A DNA stretch of 64,000 nt from Candidatus Eiseniibacteriota bacterium (GCA_963703225.1 OY969801.1:1344001-1408000), one strand, 5' to 3'; shown: positions 19,163-31,062, numbered from the stretch's first letter. A program made the numbers and translations. The notes: generated by a model not told the origin, from the sequence alone.

Positions 19163-21170
19163 TTGCCTCGCTCGAGGGCAAAGCATCAGAGCGCCTCGCT
19201 CCGCCTCCTCCAATACCTCCGTCCCTACCGGGGCAGGCTTGTGGGCACGGCGGCGCTCATGGTTGGCTTCGCGCTGACGAGCGGGATTTCGATCGGCATG
19301 ATCTCGCCCTTCGTGAAGATTCTGTTCACGCCGAGGGGTTCGGTCGCGACCTCGGTTCCAGCTTCCCGGCCGGGCGGCGTCGACGCGCGCGGTGGGGCGA
19401 TTCCCGGCCTGCCCGAGGTTCCCAATCTCTCGGCGTCGTCCCCGGCGGCGTCCGATACGTCGTCGGCCGCGGCCGGGTCGAGGGGTCTGGCCGCGGGTTT
19501 CAACGATTGGAAGCGCGACTTGAGAACCGCGTTCGAGCGCTTCTTCCTGATCGGCGATCCGATCCGCTCCCTGAACCGCATCTGCCTGACGCTCCTCATC
19601 GTATTCATGCTCAAGAACCTCTTCGACTACCTGCAGAGCGTTCTGACGGTCTGGGTGGAGCAGGCTGTGGTCCGGGATCTCAGGAACGAGGTCTACGGCC
19701 ATCTGCACCAGCTTTCGCTCTCGTTCTTCCACTCGCGACGAACCGGGGCGCTGCTCTCTCGCCTGACCAACGACATCGCGCTGGTTCGGGGCGCGCTCGC
19801 GGCCGGATTCAGCAATCTGATCAAGAGCGGCCTCCTCCTCGTCGTCTGTCTCTTCTGGATCTTTTGGACCTCTTGGAAGCTCGCGCTTCTTTCGCTGATC
19901 GTCGTGCCGCCCTCGGTGGCCCTGATCGTCTGGCTCGGGAAGAAGCTCCGCCGTCGGAGCACGATCACGCAGGAGCGGATGGCCGATCTGAACTCCATAC
20001 TTCAGGAAACACTCACCGGCATCCGGGTGGTCAAGGCGTTTTCCATGGAGGAGTTCGAGAAGCAAAAGTTCGCGCGGGCCGCCGCAGGATTACTTCCGCT
20101 CCTTCGTGAAACAGCGGCGGCTCGGCGCGATGGCGGGCCCTCTCTCCGAGTATCTGGGCGTGGTCGCGGCCACCACGGTTCTCTGGTACGGCGGGCACGA
20201 GATCCTCCTCCAGCGGGCTCTGGAGCCGCAGCAGTTCTTCATTTTTCTGTTTGCCATGCTCCAGCTGATGAACCCCCTCAAGTCGCTCAGCAACGTGAAT
20301 GCGACCCTTCAGGAGGGGCTGGCCGCGGCGGTGCGGATATTCCGTCTGCTCGACACCCAGCCGACGGTCGCGAACGTCCCCAATCCACGCGTGGCGAGCG
20401 GGGTGCGCGAGGGGTTTGAATTTCAGAGCATCTCGTTCCGTTACGGCTCCGGGGCCGACGTGCTCCACGACGTCTCGTTCCGCGTGCGCGCCGGGGAGGT
20501 CGTGGCGCTCGTCGGCCCAAGCGGGGCGGGGAAGTCGACGCTCGTCGACCTGGTCGCGCGATTCTACGACCCGACGCAGGGCCGGATCCTCCTCGACGGC
20601 GTGGACCTGAAGGAGTTCGAGGTGGCGTCGCTCCGCCGGATGATGGGGGTCGTGACCCAGGAGTCGATCCTCTTCAACGACACGGTCTGGAACAACATCG
20701 CCTACGGCGTCCCCGACGCCGATGAGGAGTCGGTGCGGCTCGCCGCCCGCGCCGCGAACGCGGAGCGGTTCATTCTGGAAATGCCCGAGGGGTACCAAAC
20801 GAAGATCGGCGATCGCGGCGTGCTGCTCTCCGGGGGAGAGCGGCAGCGGCTGGCGATCGCGCGGGCGATCTTCAAGAACCCCCCCCTTCTCCTCCTGGAC
20901 GAAGCGACCTCGAGCCTCGATTCGGAGTCGGAGCTCTTGGTGCAGGAGGCGCTGGAGGCGCTCTTCACCGGGCGCACCGCCTTCGTGATCGCCCACCGTC
21001 TGTCGACGATCCAGCGGGCGGATCGCATCCTCGTGCTCGACGAGGGGCGGATCGTCCAGACAGGAACGCACGCCGAGCTCGTCGCCTCGCCGGGCCTCTA
21101 CCAGAAGCTCCATCGACTCCAATTCCGCTTGGCGGAGGCGGAGATTTCCGCGCAGAACCGGGCGAGCTGA
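19163..21170 (+). CDS. msbA: MsbA-like lipid A/LPS ABC exporter (apparent indel near 20090)
   Basis: ABC TM domain (TGALLSRLTNDI, GIRVVKAF) and NBD (GPSGAGKS, LSGGERQR, LDEATSSLD, IAHRLST) in two frames; LPS operon context. Confidence 0.82.
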
Positions 21171-21173
21171 TCG

Positions 21174-22235
21174 GTGCCGCGCGGGCCGGCGGCGGTGATC
21201 CGGTTCTCCTCCTTGGGCGACGTGCTCCTCGCCGCCCACGTTCCCACGTTCTTGCGCGCGGCCGATCCGGGTCGCCACGTCGTCTTCGTCACGAAGGAGC
21301 GCTACGCCGGCGCGCTCCGCGGACATCCCGACATCGACCGCTTCTACATGCTCGAGGACGGCACGAGCGACCCCGCGGCGCCGGCGCCCCTCGGCGTGCG
21401 GGCCGCCCTCGGCGACCTGGTGGCGGCGCTTCGGCGCGAAGCGATCGACGAGGTGGTCGATCTCCACCAGAATTGGCGCTCCTCCCGGATCGTCGGGGCC
21501 TTCGAGCGCGCGCGCCGGACCCTCGCGCCCAAGTACTCGCTCCGCCGCCGGCTCCTGGTCCACGCCCGGTGGCTTCGCCCCGAGGCCGTGCCGCCGATCC
21601 TCACGACCTACCGATCGATCGCGGGCGTTTCGAACAACCTGCCGCTTGAGCCCTGGCTCAGGCACGCGCTCACCCCAAGCGAGCGGGCCCGCGCGGAAGC
21701 GCTCCTCAAAGCCGAGGCCGCCCAGGGCTTCGTCTTCCTCGGCGTGGGGGCGCGCTGGGAGACCAAACGGTGGCCCGCCCGGCACTTCGTGTCGCTGGGG
21801 GACTCGATCCGCTCGCATCTCGGCCTGGGTGTGCGCTACGCGCTCGCGCCGAGCGAGGCCGCCCTGGAAGCGGAGTTCCGGGCGCTCCTTCCGGCGGCGC
21901 GTCAGGCGGAGATCGTCACCCTGGACTTCCGGGAGGCCGCGGCGCTCGCCTCCTTCGCCACCGCCATCGTCTCGAACGATTCCGCGGTGCTCCATCTGGG
22001 ACCGGCGCTCGGCGTGCCGGCGTTGGGCATTTTCGGAAGCACCGTTCCCGCGTTTGGATTCGCGCCGCAGGGGATCCGCGACGCCGTCGTCGAGATCTCT
22101 CTCTCCTGCCGCCCCTGCGACGTGCACGGAAAGCGTCGGTGCCCGCTGAGACACCACGGGTGCCTCGAGCGGCTGACGCCGGACCAGGCGTTGGCCAAGC
22201 TTCGCTCGATGCTCGCCCCGGGGCGGGCCCCGTGA
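21174..22235 (+). CDS. Glycosyltransferase family 9 (heptosyltransferase-like)
   Basis: IRFSSLGDV, GARWETKRWP, SNDSAVLHL, IFGST, CRPC...C..C. Confidence 0.85.
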   Translation: MPRGPAAVIRFSSLGDVLLAAHVPTFLRAADPGRHVVFVTKERYAGALRGHPDIDRFYMLEDGTSDPAAPAPLGVRAALGDLVAALRREAIDEVVDLHQNWRSSRIVGAFERARRTLAPKYSLRRRLLVHARWLRPEAVPPILTTYRSIAGVSNNLPLEPWLRHALTPSERARAEALLKAEAAQGFVFLGVGARWETKRWPARHFVSLGDSIRSHLGLGVRYALAPSEAALEAEFRALLPAARQAEIVTLDFREAAALASFATAIVSNDSAVLHLGPALGVPALGIFGSTVPAFGFAPQGIRDAVVEISLSCRPCDVHGKRRCPLRHHGCLERLTPDQALAKLRSMLAPGRAP

Positions 22236-23158
22236 CGCGAGTCCTAGTGACCCACCCCGACGCGAAGCTCGTCGCGCGTGAGGTGGAAGAGATTCTGGGG
22301 GAGCCGCTCGCCTGGATCACGCCGGGAGATCCCGACGTTCAAGCGGCGGAGGTCTGGTTCTGCGCCAGCTTGCCTCCCCCCGCGCCTCTCCATGTACCGG
22401 CGCTCCGCTGGATCCAGAGCGGCTGGGCTGGCGTCGAGGGCTGGTTCTCGAGACCCGAATGGCGCGAGGGCGTAACCCTCACCCGCACGGTCGGCGACTT
22501 TCCAGAGCGGATCGCCGAGTACGTCTTTGGCTACCTGCTCGCCCGCGAGTTGGACGCGGCGAAGTCGCTTCGACAGATGATAGAGAAGAGCTGGGAGCGG
22601 TGGACCCCCGGGACGCTCGCGGGTCGCGGTCTCCTCGTCGTGGGGTATGGGGCGATCGGAAGGCAGATCGCCAGGGTTGGCCGCGCGTTCGGAATGAGGG
22701 TGGAGGGAATCCGCCGGGGCGAGCACCAGGCCGGCCCGGCCGAAGAGGGAGTTCATGGTCCCGGCGCGCTGGATGATTGCCTCGGCCGCGCCGATGTGGT
22801 CGTGAACGTGCTGCCCCAGACGCCGGCGACGGAGTCGTTCTGGAACCGCGATCGTTTCGCGCGGATGCGGGACGGCGCCACGTTCGTCAACGTGTCGAGG
22901 GGCTCCACCGTGGACGAGGCGGCCCTCTTGCATGCGATCGGCCGGGGCCGGCCCGCGCGCGCGATTCTGGACGTGTTCCGAGAGGAGCCGCTCCCGCCAA
23001 CAAGCCCGCTCCGGGGCGTGGAGGCCATCTGGATCACCCCGCACGTCGCGGGGATCGGCACGGCGCACCCCCTGGCGGCCGAGTTCGCGGAGAATTGGCG
23101 CCGGTTCCGTGGGGGGCTTCCCCTGAGACACCAGGTCGATCGAGCGAGGGGCTACTGA
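22232..23158 (+). CDS. D-2-hydroxyacid dehydrogenase (GhrA-like)
   Basis: GTG overlaps the upstream stop; GYGAIG, NVSRG, DVFREEPLP, TPHVAG. Confidence 0.87.
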   Translation: MTRVLVTHPDAKLVAREVEEILGEPLAWITPGDPDVQAAEVWFCASLPPPAPLHVPALRWIQSGWAGVEGWFSRPEWREGVTLTRTVGDFPERIAEYVFGYLLARELDAAKSLRQMIEKSWERWTPGTLAGRGLLVVGYGAIGRQIARVGRAFGMRVEGIRRGEHQAGPAEEGVHGPGALDDCLGRADVVVNVLPQTPATESFWNRDRFARMRDGATFVNVSRGSTVDEAALLHAIGRGRPARAILDVFREEPLPPTSPLRGVEAIWITPHVAGIGTAHPLAAEFAENWRRFRGGLPLRHQVDRARGY

Positions 23159-23200
23159 TCCGGCACGGCCATGGACGATGCGATCGGGGCGGGATTTGGC

Positions 23201-23228
23201 TTGATTCCGATACCCCTCGACCCATAAT
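23201..23228 (+). promoter_or_regulatory. Putative sigma70 promoter for tdh-kbl
   Basis: TTGATT-N16-CATAAT in the intergenic gap; SD GAGAGGAG before GTG 23274. Confidence 0.45.
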
Positions 23229-23273
23229 CGCCTCCGGCAGCAACCCCCAGGGAGACGCGGAGAGGAGACCCAC

Positions 23274-24356
23274 GTGGCCGTTCGGACGGAGAAGGGGCGC
23301 GAGGTGACGCAGGGGATGATGTGGGCGATCGAGAAGTCGGCGCCGGAGCCCGGGCTCAAGCGAGTGACCGCGCCGATCCCGAAGGTGGGCCCCCGAGACG
23401 TTCGGATCCGGGTGACCGCCTTCGCGATCTGCGGAACCGACCTTCACATCTTCGAGTGGGACCGCTGGGCGGAGTCGCGCATCCGTCCGCCGCTCATCCC
23501 GGGGCATGAGTTCACGGGGGTCGTCGAATCGGTCGGGCCGGAGGTTTCCCTGGTTCGGCCGGGCGACCGCGTCACGGGCGAAACGCACATCTACTGCGGC
23601 CTTTGCTACTCCTGCCGTCGGGGACTCGCGCACCTCTGCAACAACGTGCAGATTCTCGGCGTCGATCGCCAGGGAGCCTTCGCCGACTACGTCGTGATCC
23701 CCGAGCAGAACGTCTGGAAGCTGAATCCGAAGATCACCGACGAAATCGCGGCGGTGCACGATCCTCTCGGCAACGCCGTGCACACGGCGCTCGCCGGCCC
23801 GGTGGCGGGGCTTCGATTCGCCGTTTTTGGCTGCGGCCCCATCGGCTGCTTCGCCGTCGGCGTTCTCAAAGCTTCGGGGGCCGCGTGGGTCGTCGCGATC
23901 GACAAGAACCCGGTCCGACTCGACCTCGCGGAGCGGATGGGGGCCGATCTTTCGCTCAACGTGGAGCGGGACGCGGTGGTGTCGGCGATTCGCGACGCGA
24001 CCGGCGGCGACGGGGTCGACGGAATGCTCGAGATGTCGGGCAGCGCCGGGGCGTTCCGGGACGGCTTCGAGGCGCTCGCGAACGGCGGGCGGGTCTCGCT
24101 CCTCGGAATTCCCTCCAAGCCTCTCGAGATCGACGTGGCCAAGGAGATCATCTTTCGCGGAGCCACCGTCCAGGGGATCAATGGACGCTGGATCTTCGAC
24201 ACCTGGTACCGGATGGAGGCGCTGCTTCTGTCCGGCAAGCTCGACATCCGCCCGGTGATCACCCACGTCCTGGGTTGGGAGGACTTCGACCGCGCCGTGG
24301 AGCTGCAGCGTTCCGGCAAGGCGGGCAAGATCGTGCTGAAGAAGGACCATCCATGA
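23274..24356 (+). CDS. tdh: L-threonine 3-dehydrogenase
   Basis: ICGTDLHIFEWD.WA, GHEF, ETHIYCGLCYSCRRG..HLC, DPLGNAVHT, GINGRWIFDTW; adjacent to kbl. Confidence 0.92.
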   Translation: MAVRTEKGREVTQGMMWAIEKSAPEPGLKRVTAPIPKVGPRDVRIRVTAFAICGTDLHIFEWDRWAESRIRPPLIPGHEFTGVVESVGPEVSLVRPGDRVTGETHIYCGLCYSCRRGLAHLCNNVQILGVDRQGAFADYVVIPEQNVWKLNPKITDEIAAVHDPLGNAVHTALAGPVAGLRFAVFGCGPIGCFAVGVLKASGAAWVVAIDKNPVRLDLAERMGADLSLNVERDAVVSAIRDATGGDGVDGMLEMSGSAGAFRDGFEALANGGRVSLLGIPSKPLEIDVAKEIIFRGATVQGINGRWIFDTWYRMEALLLSGKLDIRPVITHVLGWEDFDRAVELQRSGKAGKIVLKKDHP

Positions 24357-25559
24357 GCCCTGCCACCGAGAAGAAGGATCCGCTCGAGTTCCTCGACGAG
24401 CGCGATGGATCAGCTCCGGTCGGAGGGGCTCCATCGGCGACTCCGCGTCCTCCAGGGGGAGCAGCGCCCGGAATCGAAGTTCGACGGGAAGGACGTCATC
24501 AACCTCTCGTCGAACAACTACCTCGGCCTCACCACCCACCCCAAGCTGCGCGAGGCCGCGCTTCGCGCGGTGAAGGAGCTGGGGGTTGGCTCCGGGTCGG
24601 TGCGGACCATCGCCGGGACGATGGAGCTCCACATGGAGCTGGAGCGCCGGATCGCGACCTTCAAGAAGACCGAGGCGTCGGTCGTCTTCCAGAGCGGCTT
24701 CGCCGCGAACGCGGGGACCGTCGCCGCCATTCTGGGAAAGGATGACCTCATCCTCTCCGACGAGCTGAATCACGCGAGCATCATCGACGGCGCGCGCCTG
24801 AGCCGCGCCGCGATCCGCGTCTTTCCCCATCGGGACGTGGACGCCCTCGCGAAGCTCCTCGAGGAGACGGCGAGCGTGAAGCGACGGCTCGTGATCACCG
24901 ACGGGGTCTTCAGCATGGACGGCGACATCGCCCCGATGCCGAAGATCGCGGCCCTCGCGCGGGAGCACGGCGCGATCATGATGGTCGACGACGCCCACGC
25001 GAGCGGCGTGCTGGGCAAGGCCGGACGCGGCACGGTCGACCACTTTCGGTCTTCACGGCCAGGTGGACATTCAGGTGGGAACGCTCTCCAAGGCGATCGG
25101 CGTTCTGGGCGGGTACGTCTGCGGGTCGAAGACCCTGATCGACTACCTCTACCACCGCGCGCGGCCCTTCCTGTTCAGCACCTCCCACCCGCCGGCGGTC
25201 GCGGCGGCATGCCTCGCGGCCTTCGACGTGCTCGAGGCGGAGCCGGAGCTGATCACTCGCCTCTGGTCGAACACCGAGCGATTCAGGAAGGGCCTCAGGC
25301 GGCCTCGGCTTCGACACCGGCCTGAGCGAGACGCCGATCACGCCGATCATGGTCGGGCGAGGCCGAGCTGGCCATGAAGTTCTCGGACCGGCTCTTCGAG
25401 CGCGGGCGTGTTCGCGCAGGGGATCGGCTATCCCGACCGTGGCCAAGGGAAAGGCGCGAATCCGCACGATCGTCACCGCGACCCACAGTCCGGAGCGAGC
25501 TCGACCGCGCCCTCTCCATCCTGGAGGACGTGGGGCGAAGCCTCGGCATCGTTCGCTGA
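24353..25559 (+). CDS. kbl: Glycine C-acetyltransferase / 2-amino-3-ketobutyrate CoA ligase (several indels)
   Basis: SSNNYLGL, GSVRTIAGT, SDELNHASIIDG, TDGVFSMDG, VDDAH, GTLSKAIG (PLP Lys), GKARIR across frames. Confidence 0.88.
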
Positions 25560-25578
25560 CGCGGACCCAGGCGCCGCG

Positions 25579-26599
25579 ATGAGCCGGCCCGGCCGCCCGC
25601 CTCTCCTGGTCCGGATCCCCAATTGGCTCGGCGATCTGGTGCTGGCGCTCCCGGTCCTCCAATCGGCCTCCCTCGAGCCCGCCGTCTTCGTCGGGCCGGA
25701 GCCGTTCCGGGCGCATTCTCGCGCCGCGCTTCCCCTTGATCCGCTATGTCGCGGTGAGTCGCGACCGCCGTTTTCGGGCGGCCGACGCGATCCGGGCGTC
25801 CAAGCCGCGGGCGGCGCTCCTTCTCACGGACTCGCTCTCCTCGGCGCTTCTCGTCTGGCTGGCCGGGGTGCCGGTACGGATCGGCTACGCCGCGGAGGGA
25901 AGAAGCCCCTGGCTCACGCACCGCGTGCGGCGCTCGGGCGCGGCGCGGAGCGCGTCGCGCGCCGCGGAATATCGCGTTCTGGCCGCCGCCGCGGGACTGG
26001 CCGAGCCCGCCGCGATTCCATCCCTCCAGGCCCTGCCCGAAGAGACGATGCGAGCCCGCGCGATTCTCGACCATGCGGGACTGGGGAATGCCGGGTACCT
26101 CGTCGTCGCTCCCGGCGCGAGCTACGGCCCGGCCAAGCAATGGGATCCCGACCGATTTGTCGAGGCCGCGTCGGGGGCCGCCCGGAAGTCGGGCCGCGCG
26201 GTTGTTCTCGTCGGGGCGTCGGGAGATCGCGCGGCATCCGCGGCGGTGGCGGCAGGGGTTCGCCGGGCCGGCGCCGCCGCCCTGGACCTCGCGGGATCGA
26301 CCCAACTTCCCGAATTGGTGGGAGTACTGGCGGGCGCGGCCGCGGTCATTTCCAACGATTCGGGGGTGATGCATCTCGCCGCGGCGCTCGGCCGGCCCAC
26401 GGTGGCGATCTTTGGGTCGACGAGCCCCGTCTGGACGTCGTCATCCGTTCCGTGGGTGGCGAATCTGTACGCGGCCTATCCCTGCTCGCCTTGCTACCGA
26501 CGCACCTGCCCGATCGGGTACGGGTGCCTTCGAGCGATCGCGCCGGCCGAGGCCGCCGCGGCGCTCGCCCGGCTCAGCGGAGAACGCGCGAGTACGTAG
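25579..26599 (+). CDS. waaF: LPS heptosyltransferase II-like, GT9 (indel near 25715-25735)
   Basis: RIPNWLGDLV, APGASYGPAKQW, SNDSGVMHLAAALG, FGST, CSPC..R.CP. Confidence 0.8.
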
Positions 26600-27677
26600 C
26601 GCCGTCGCTCTGGTACTGGTAGTGCTTGGCCGCCGAGTAGGCCATGGAGGTGGGCAGGAACCCCTCGCGCCCAAGCGTCTCGAGGTCGGAAGGGTACTCG
26701 CCCCGCACGCGGCGGTAGGTCTCGAGCGCCAGGCTGACGCGCGCGGCCTCGTCGACGAGCGCGATCTCCGGAGGATTGGGAACGGCGGTAGGCGCTCCCG
26801 CGCGCGCGGCCTGAGAGAGCAGCGTCGGCGTCACCCAGAGCGCGATCGCCACCGCGACGATCACGGCGACCGCGGCGACCCCCGCGGCCAGGAGCCCGCC
26901 TGAATGATGGAGCCGCGGCGACCTGCGCGGGCTCTGGCGCGATCGGCGTCACCTTGGGCGGCGCGGCCCCGAGCGTGATCTCGATGACGCCGAGGTCGAG
27001 CAGGTGGTGCAGCGCCTCGTACGCTTCGAACTCGACGAGCTTGGACTGGGCCATGAGGTCGCGAAGCGGCCTGAGACCGTCGACGAGCGGCAGAATCCGC
27101 TGCTCCTGCGAGGACATCTCCTTGGGCGGCAGGGCGAGCGCCTTCGGCCGGAGCACCATGGCCGGCGACGAGAACGTTTCGCGGTAGCGGGCGAACTCGT
27201 CGATCCGCCGCATGCTCTCCATCAGGAGCCCTTCGGTGTTCAGCCGGACGTTCACGGCGAATTTCGGGACCGTCCGCGCCGTCACCGGAGAAGTGGTAGG
27301 AGCCGGTCTTCCAGGTGAGGAGCTGGTGGAGGGTGTCCTGGATCTGCTGCTCCAGCGCGTGGCCCAACGCGTCCTGGGTCATGTAGTTCCCGCTCAGGAG
27401 GATGTCGGTGAGCTCCCGCCGGCTCTCGGTTTCGATGGTCTCGATCTGGCGCAGCTGGGCCTCGGTCAGATGGCCCGGTCCGGACCAGGAACGGCTTGAG
27501 CGGATCCTGCGCGTTCCTCCGTCGGTCCCGCGTCGAGACGATCTTTCCCGCCTCGAAGAAGACGACCGCGACGTCCTCGCCCGCCGTGAGCTTGAGCACG
27601 CCCGACTTCTGCTGGACGGCGATCAGCTGGAGGATTTCGGGGAGGCTGAAGTCGTCGAGATTGCCCTGGAGCGCCAT
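26574..27677 (-). CDS. DUF4388-domain membrane protein (frameshifted in the assembly)
   Basis: [19 protein letters not shown]...KSGVL...W..GSYHF...LLME.MRRIDE; winged-helix-like segment, a TM helix, and a C-terminal ALETYR...YPSDL motif. Confidence 0.75.
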
Positions 27678-29625
27678 TTCAGGACCTCCCGACTCTCTCG
27701 CGCCTCGCCCGCGGAAACGTCCGCCGCTCCGTCGCGATCGAGGTATGGCGTCAGCGCTTCCACCTTGGTGGTCGTCGTGGCGAAGTAGCGGAAGACCGTC
27801 ACCGCGTAGATGATCAGGAAGAGCAGCACGAGCGGAATCCGTTTCGCCCAGCCGCCGATCGGGAAGGGCGAGCACGTCGAGCGAAGGGACGATCGCGCCG
27901 TTCCAGATGACGAGAATCGCCGCGAAGCTCATGACGATCAGCGCGAGGAATCCCGAGAGCGTCGCGCCGCGCAGCATCTGGCCGGCGCCCGGGAGCAGGA
28001 AGGTCAGGATGGCCTGGCCCGTCGTCCTCCGCCGGGCGGCGCTCTGCCCCTTCCGGGTCAGCAGAAGCCGTGTGAATTCGGTGGACTTCAGCTCCTTGAC
28101 CGCCTTGAAGCAATCGTCGCAGAAGGCGCGCTGCTGCATCCGCTTCACGCAGCGGCGGCAGACCACCTTCTGGCAGTTGGAGCAGTAGTAGGTGGGAAGG
28201 CTCCGGCCCAGGAGCTGGCCGACCCCGGCGAAGATCAGGAAGAGCGCCGGAATGAAGACGAGCGCGAAGGGCGCGGGCGGCGCCAGGTGGTCGACCCATT
28301 GGAGCAGGAAGTTCCCCTGGTAGGCGCTCGGTCCGCGCTGCGGGCGCGAAGCGACGTGCGAGCCCCCAGAGGGCCAATGGAGCGGCGGCGAGGCGTCCAT
28401 GACGGTGCGGTTGAGCTGCGGAGCGGTCCACCGACTGAAGTCGCGAACCCGTTCGAACGCGAGCGCCGACGCGCGCGATTGCTCGCGGCTCGCCTCGGTG
28501 AACATGAGCTGCTTGGTGTAGACCTGGGCGAGATTGAAGTGCGGCTCGACGGCGTTCGGGGCTGCCTCCGCCGCGGCCTCGTAGGTCTGCCGGGCGCGCG
28601 CGTAGTCCTCGCGCGCGAAGTAGACGTTGCCCAGGTTGGTGAGGATCCAGGATGTCCTCGGCCTGAGAACCGCCGCGAGGGTGAGCTGCCGCTCCGCGAG
28701 TTCGAAGTCACCGCTCCGGCGCGCCATCGATCCCATCGCGAAGGGAAAGAGGGGCTCGTTGGCGTCCTTCGCTTCCCACGCGAGGAGGGCGGCCGCGAGC
28801 TCCGCGTCGTACCCGGAGTTCATGGCGCGGTCGACGAGGAGGCTCGGCTCCTCGAGGGTGGGCGAGCCGGCCCAGGGAGAGAGGGCGCCGATCCCGCCGG
28901 TCAGGCAGAGCGCCGAGATCAGGAAGAGCGCCACGAGGAGCGCCTCCCGCTTCCCGAAGCGGAACGAGATGAGGCCGGCGAAGACCGTGAGGACCGGGGC
29001 CAAGCCGAGTCCCCAGAGTGCCGGCGAAAGCGCCGTCACGGTGGCCGCGGCCCGTGTCCCGCGCGTGGGCGACGGGGCTCAGGAGCTCGCGCACGATGTG
29101 AAACAGATGGGGCAGGTGACGAAACGCGATCCCCGCGACCGCGAGGAGCAGGCTGATCATCCAGACCGCCATCAGGCCTGTGGCGGCGTTTGCGAGCAGG
29201 TGGCGCTGCCACGGATAGCTTCGTCCCAGAATGCGAAACCCTTCCGTCACCTCGGCCACGGCGCGGCCCGGGTCGCGGAACGTGAGGACGCGAGCCAGCG
29301 TGAAATGGGCGTCCGGAAAGGCGGGGTCGAATGCGGCCGCGGCCTCGAGGAGGCGAATGGCCTCCGGCGCGCCGCCCGCGGAGAGGACGATCAGCGCCTG
29401 TCGATAGCAGGCCTGCGCCGGGGCGAGCGCCCGGGTCACGCCGGCGTCGAACTTCTGGTTCAACGCGTCGGTGATCGCGGACGCGTCGGTCGAGGCGGTC
29501 GTGGTCGATTGGGCGATCGCGGAGCCGGAGAGCGCCGCGAAGAGGAGCGAAGCGACGACCGCGAGCGAGCAGAGCCGGCCCATGGGCGCGGGCAAGCAAC
29601 GGGAGCCATTCGTTTGGCGCGCCAC
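27623..29625 (-). CDS. Multi-pass membrane protein with TPR repeats and a Cys-rich Zn-finger-like motif (frameshifted)
   Basis: Signal peptide, TPRs ([28 protein letters not shown]), several TMs, [21 protein letters not shown]. Confidence 0.7.
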
Positions 29626-29631
29626 GGCCGC

Positions 29632-29661
29632 ACGTTAGGGTCGTCGCGAAAGGGGTGTCAA
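29632..29661 (-). promoter_or_regulatory. Putative sigma70 promoter of the TPR/DUF4388 operon
   Basis: Minus strand TTGACA-N18-TAACGT, ending 7 nt before GTG 29625. Confidence 0.55.
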
Positions 29662-29679
29662 GGGAAATGTCGGTCGGCG

Positions 29680-29688
29680 TGCTATTCT
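29680..29688 (+). promoter_or_regulatory. Putative extended -10 promoter of asnS
   Basis: TG-C-TATTCT about 48 nt upstream of ATG 29736. Confidence 0.4.
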
Positions 29689-29735
29689 TTCGGGCTCACG
29701 AAGCCTTTTTTCATACGAGCACTGGAGGGAAAGGG

Positions 29736-31038
29736 ATGTCGGCCCAGGCAACGCGCATCGAGGCTCTTCGCGGACAGGTGGGGCAGCGAGGTTCTGCTCG
29801 AAGGTTGGCTCTACAACCGGCGCTCGAGCGGAAAGCTCGAGTTCCTGATGGTGCGAGACGGCAGCGGCATCGTTCAGTGCGTCGCGGCCAAAGTCGGATC
29901 TCCCCGAGGACGTGTTCGCCCGCGCGGCCGCCCTCGCGCAGGAAACGTCGATCCGGGTCCGCGGTCTGGTCCGCGAGGACCGTCGCGCGCCGAGCGGCGT
30001 CGAGCTCACCGTGACGGACCTCGAGGTCGTCTCGGAGAGCCACGACTACCCGATCACGCCCAAGGAGCACGGCTCCCCGTTCCTCCTGGATCATCGCCAC
30101 CTCTGGATCCGCTCCCAGCGACAGCACGCGATTCTCAAGATTCGCCATACGCTGATCGACGCCTGCCGGGGCTTCCTGAACCGGGAGGGGTTCATCCTCG
30201 CCGACGCGCCGATCTTCACGCCGAACGCGTGCGAGGGCACGACCACCCTCTTCGAGACGGAGTATTTCGACGAGAAGGCCTACTTGACGCAGAGCGGGCA
30301 GCTCTACAACGAGGCGACCGCGATGGCCTTCGGCAGGACCTATTGCTTCGGCCCCACGTTCCGCGCGGAGAAGTCGAAGACGCGCCGCCACCTGATCGAG
30401 TTCTGGATGGTGGAGCCCGAGATCGCCTACGCGACGCTCGACGATCTGATGGTCTGGATCGAGCGATTCGTCGAGGCGATCGTGGCCCGCGTGCTCGAGG
30501 AGCGCCGCGAGGAGCTCAGGGTACTGGAGCGCGACGTGGCGCCGCTCGAGCGCGTTCGCGCTCCGTTCCCGCGGATTTCCTACGACGAGGCGGCGCGCCG
30601 ACTCCAAGAGAAGGAGCTGCCGTTCGAATGGGGGGGCGATTTCGGCGGAACCGACGAGACGGTTCTCTCCGAGGGCTTCGACCGTCCGTTCTTCGTCCAC
30701 CGGTTTCCCGGCGGCGATCAAGGCGTTCTACATGAAGCGCGATCCAGCCGACGACCGGCTTTCGCTCTCCTGCGATCTCCTGGCGCCCGAGGGATACGGC
30801 GAGATCGTGGGTGGAGGGCAGCGCGAGGACGATCACGCCCGCCTGGTCGCGGCGAATCGAAAGGGAACAGCTTCCGATGGAGGCGTTCGGCTGGTACCTC
30901 GATCTCCGGAAGTACGGTTCCGTTCCCCACAGCGGCTTCGGCATGGGAATCGAGCGGGCGCTCACCTGGATCTGCGGCATCGATCACGTCCGGGAAACCA
31001 TCCCCTTCCCCCGCCTTCTGAACCGGCTCCGGCCCTGA
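29736..31038 (+). CDS. asnS: Asparagine--tRNA ligase (indels at ~29895, ~30710, ~30850)
   Basis: [70 protein letters not shown]. Confidence 0.93.
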
Positions 31039-31062
31039 CGTACCTGGCGGCCGAAATGGGAA

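Noticed and set aside
24353..25559. Possible serine palmitoyltransferase or BioF instead of Kbl
   Set aside because: Translational coupling to tdh and the SVRTIAGT and GKARIR motifs favour glycine C-acetyltransferase.
27627..30735. 702-aa + strand ORF at 28627 and a 448-aa ORF at 27810
   Set aside because: Mostly antisense to the TPR gene. Only a short segment corresponds to the true asnS N-terminus.
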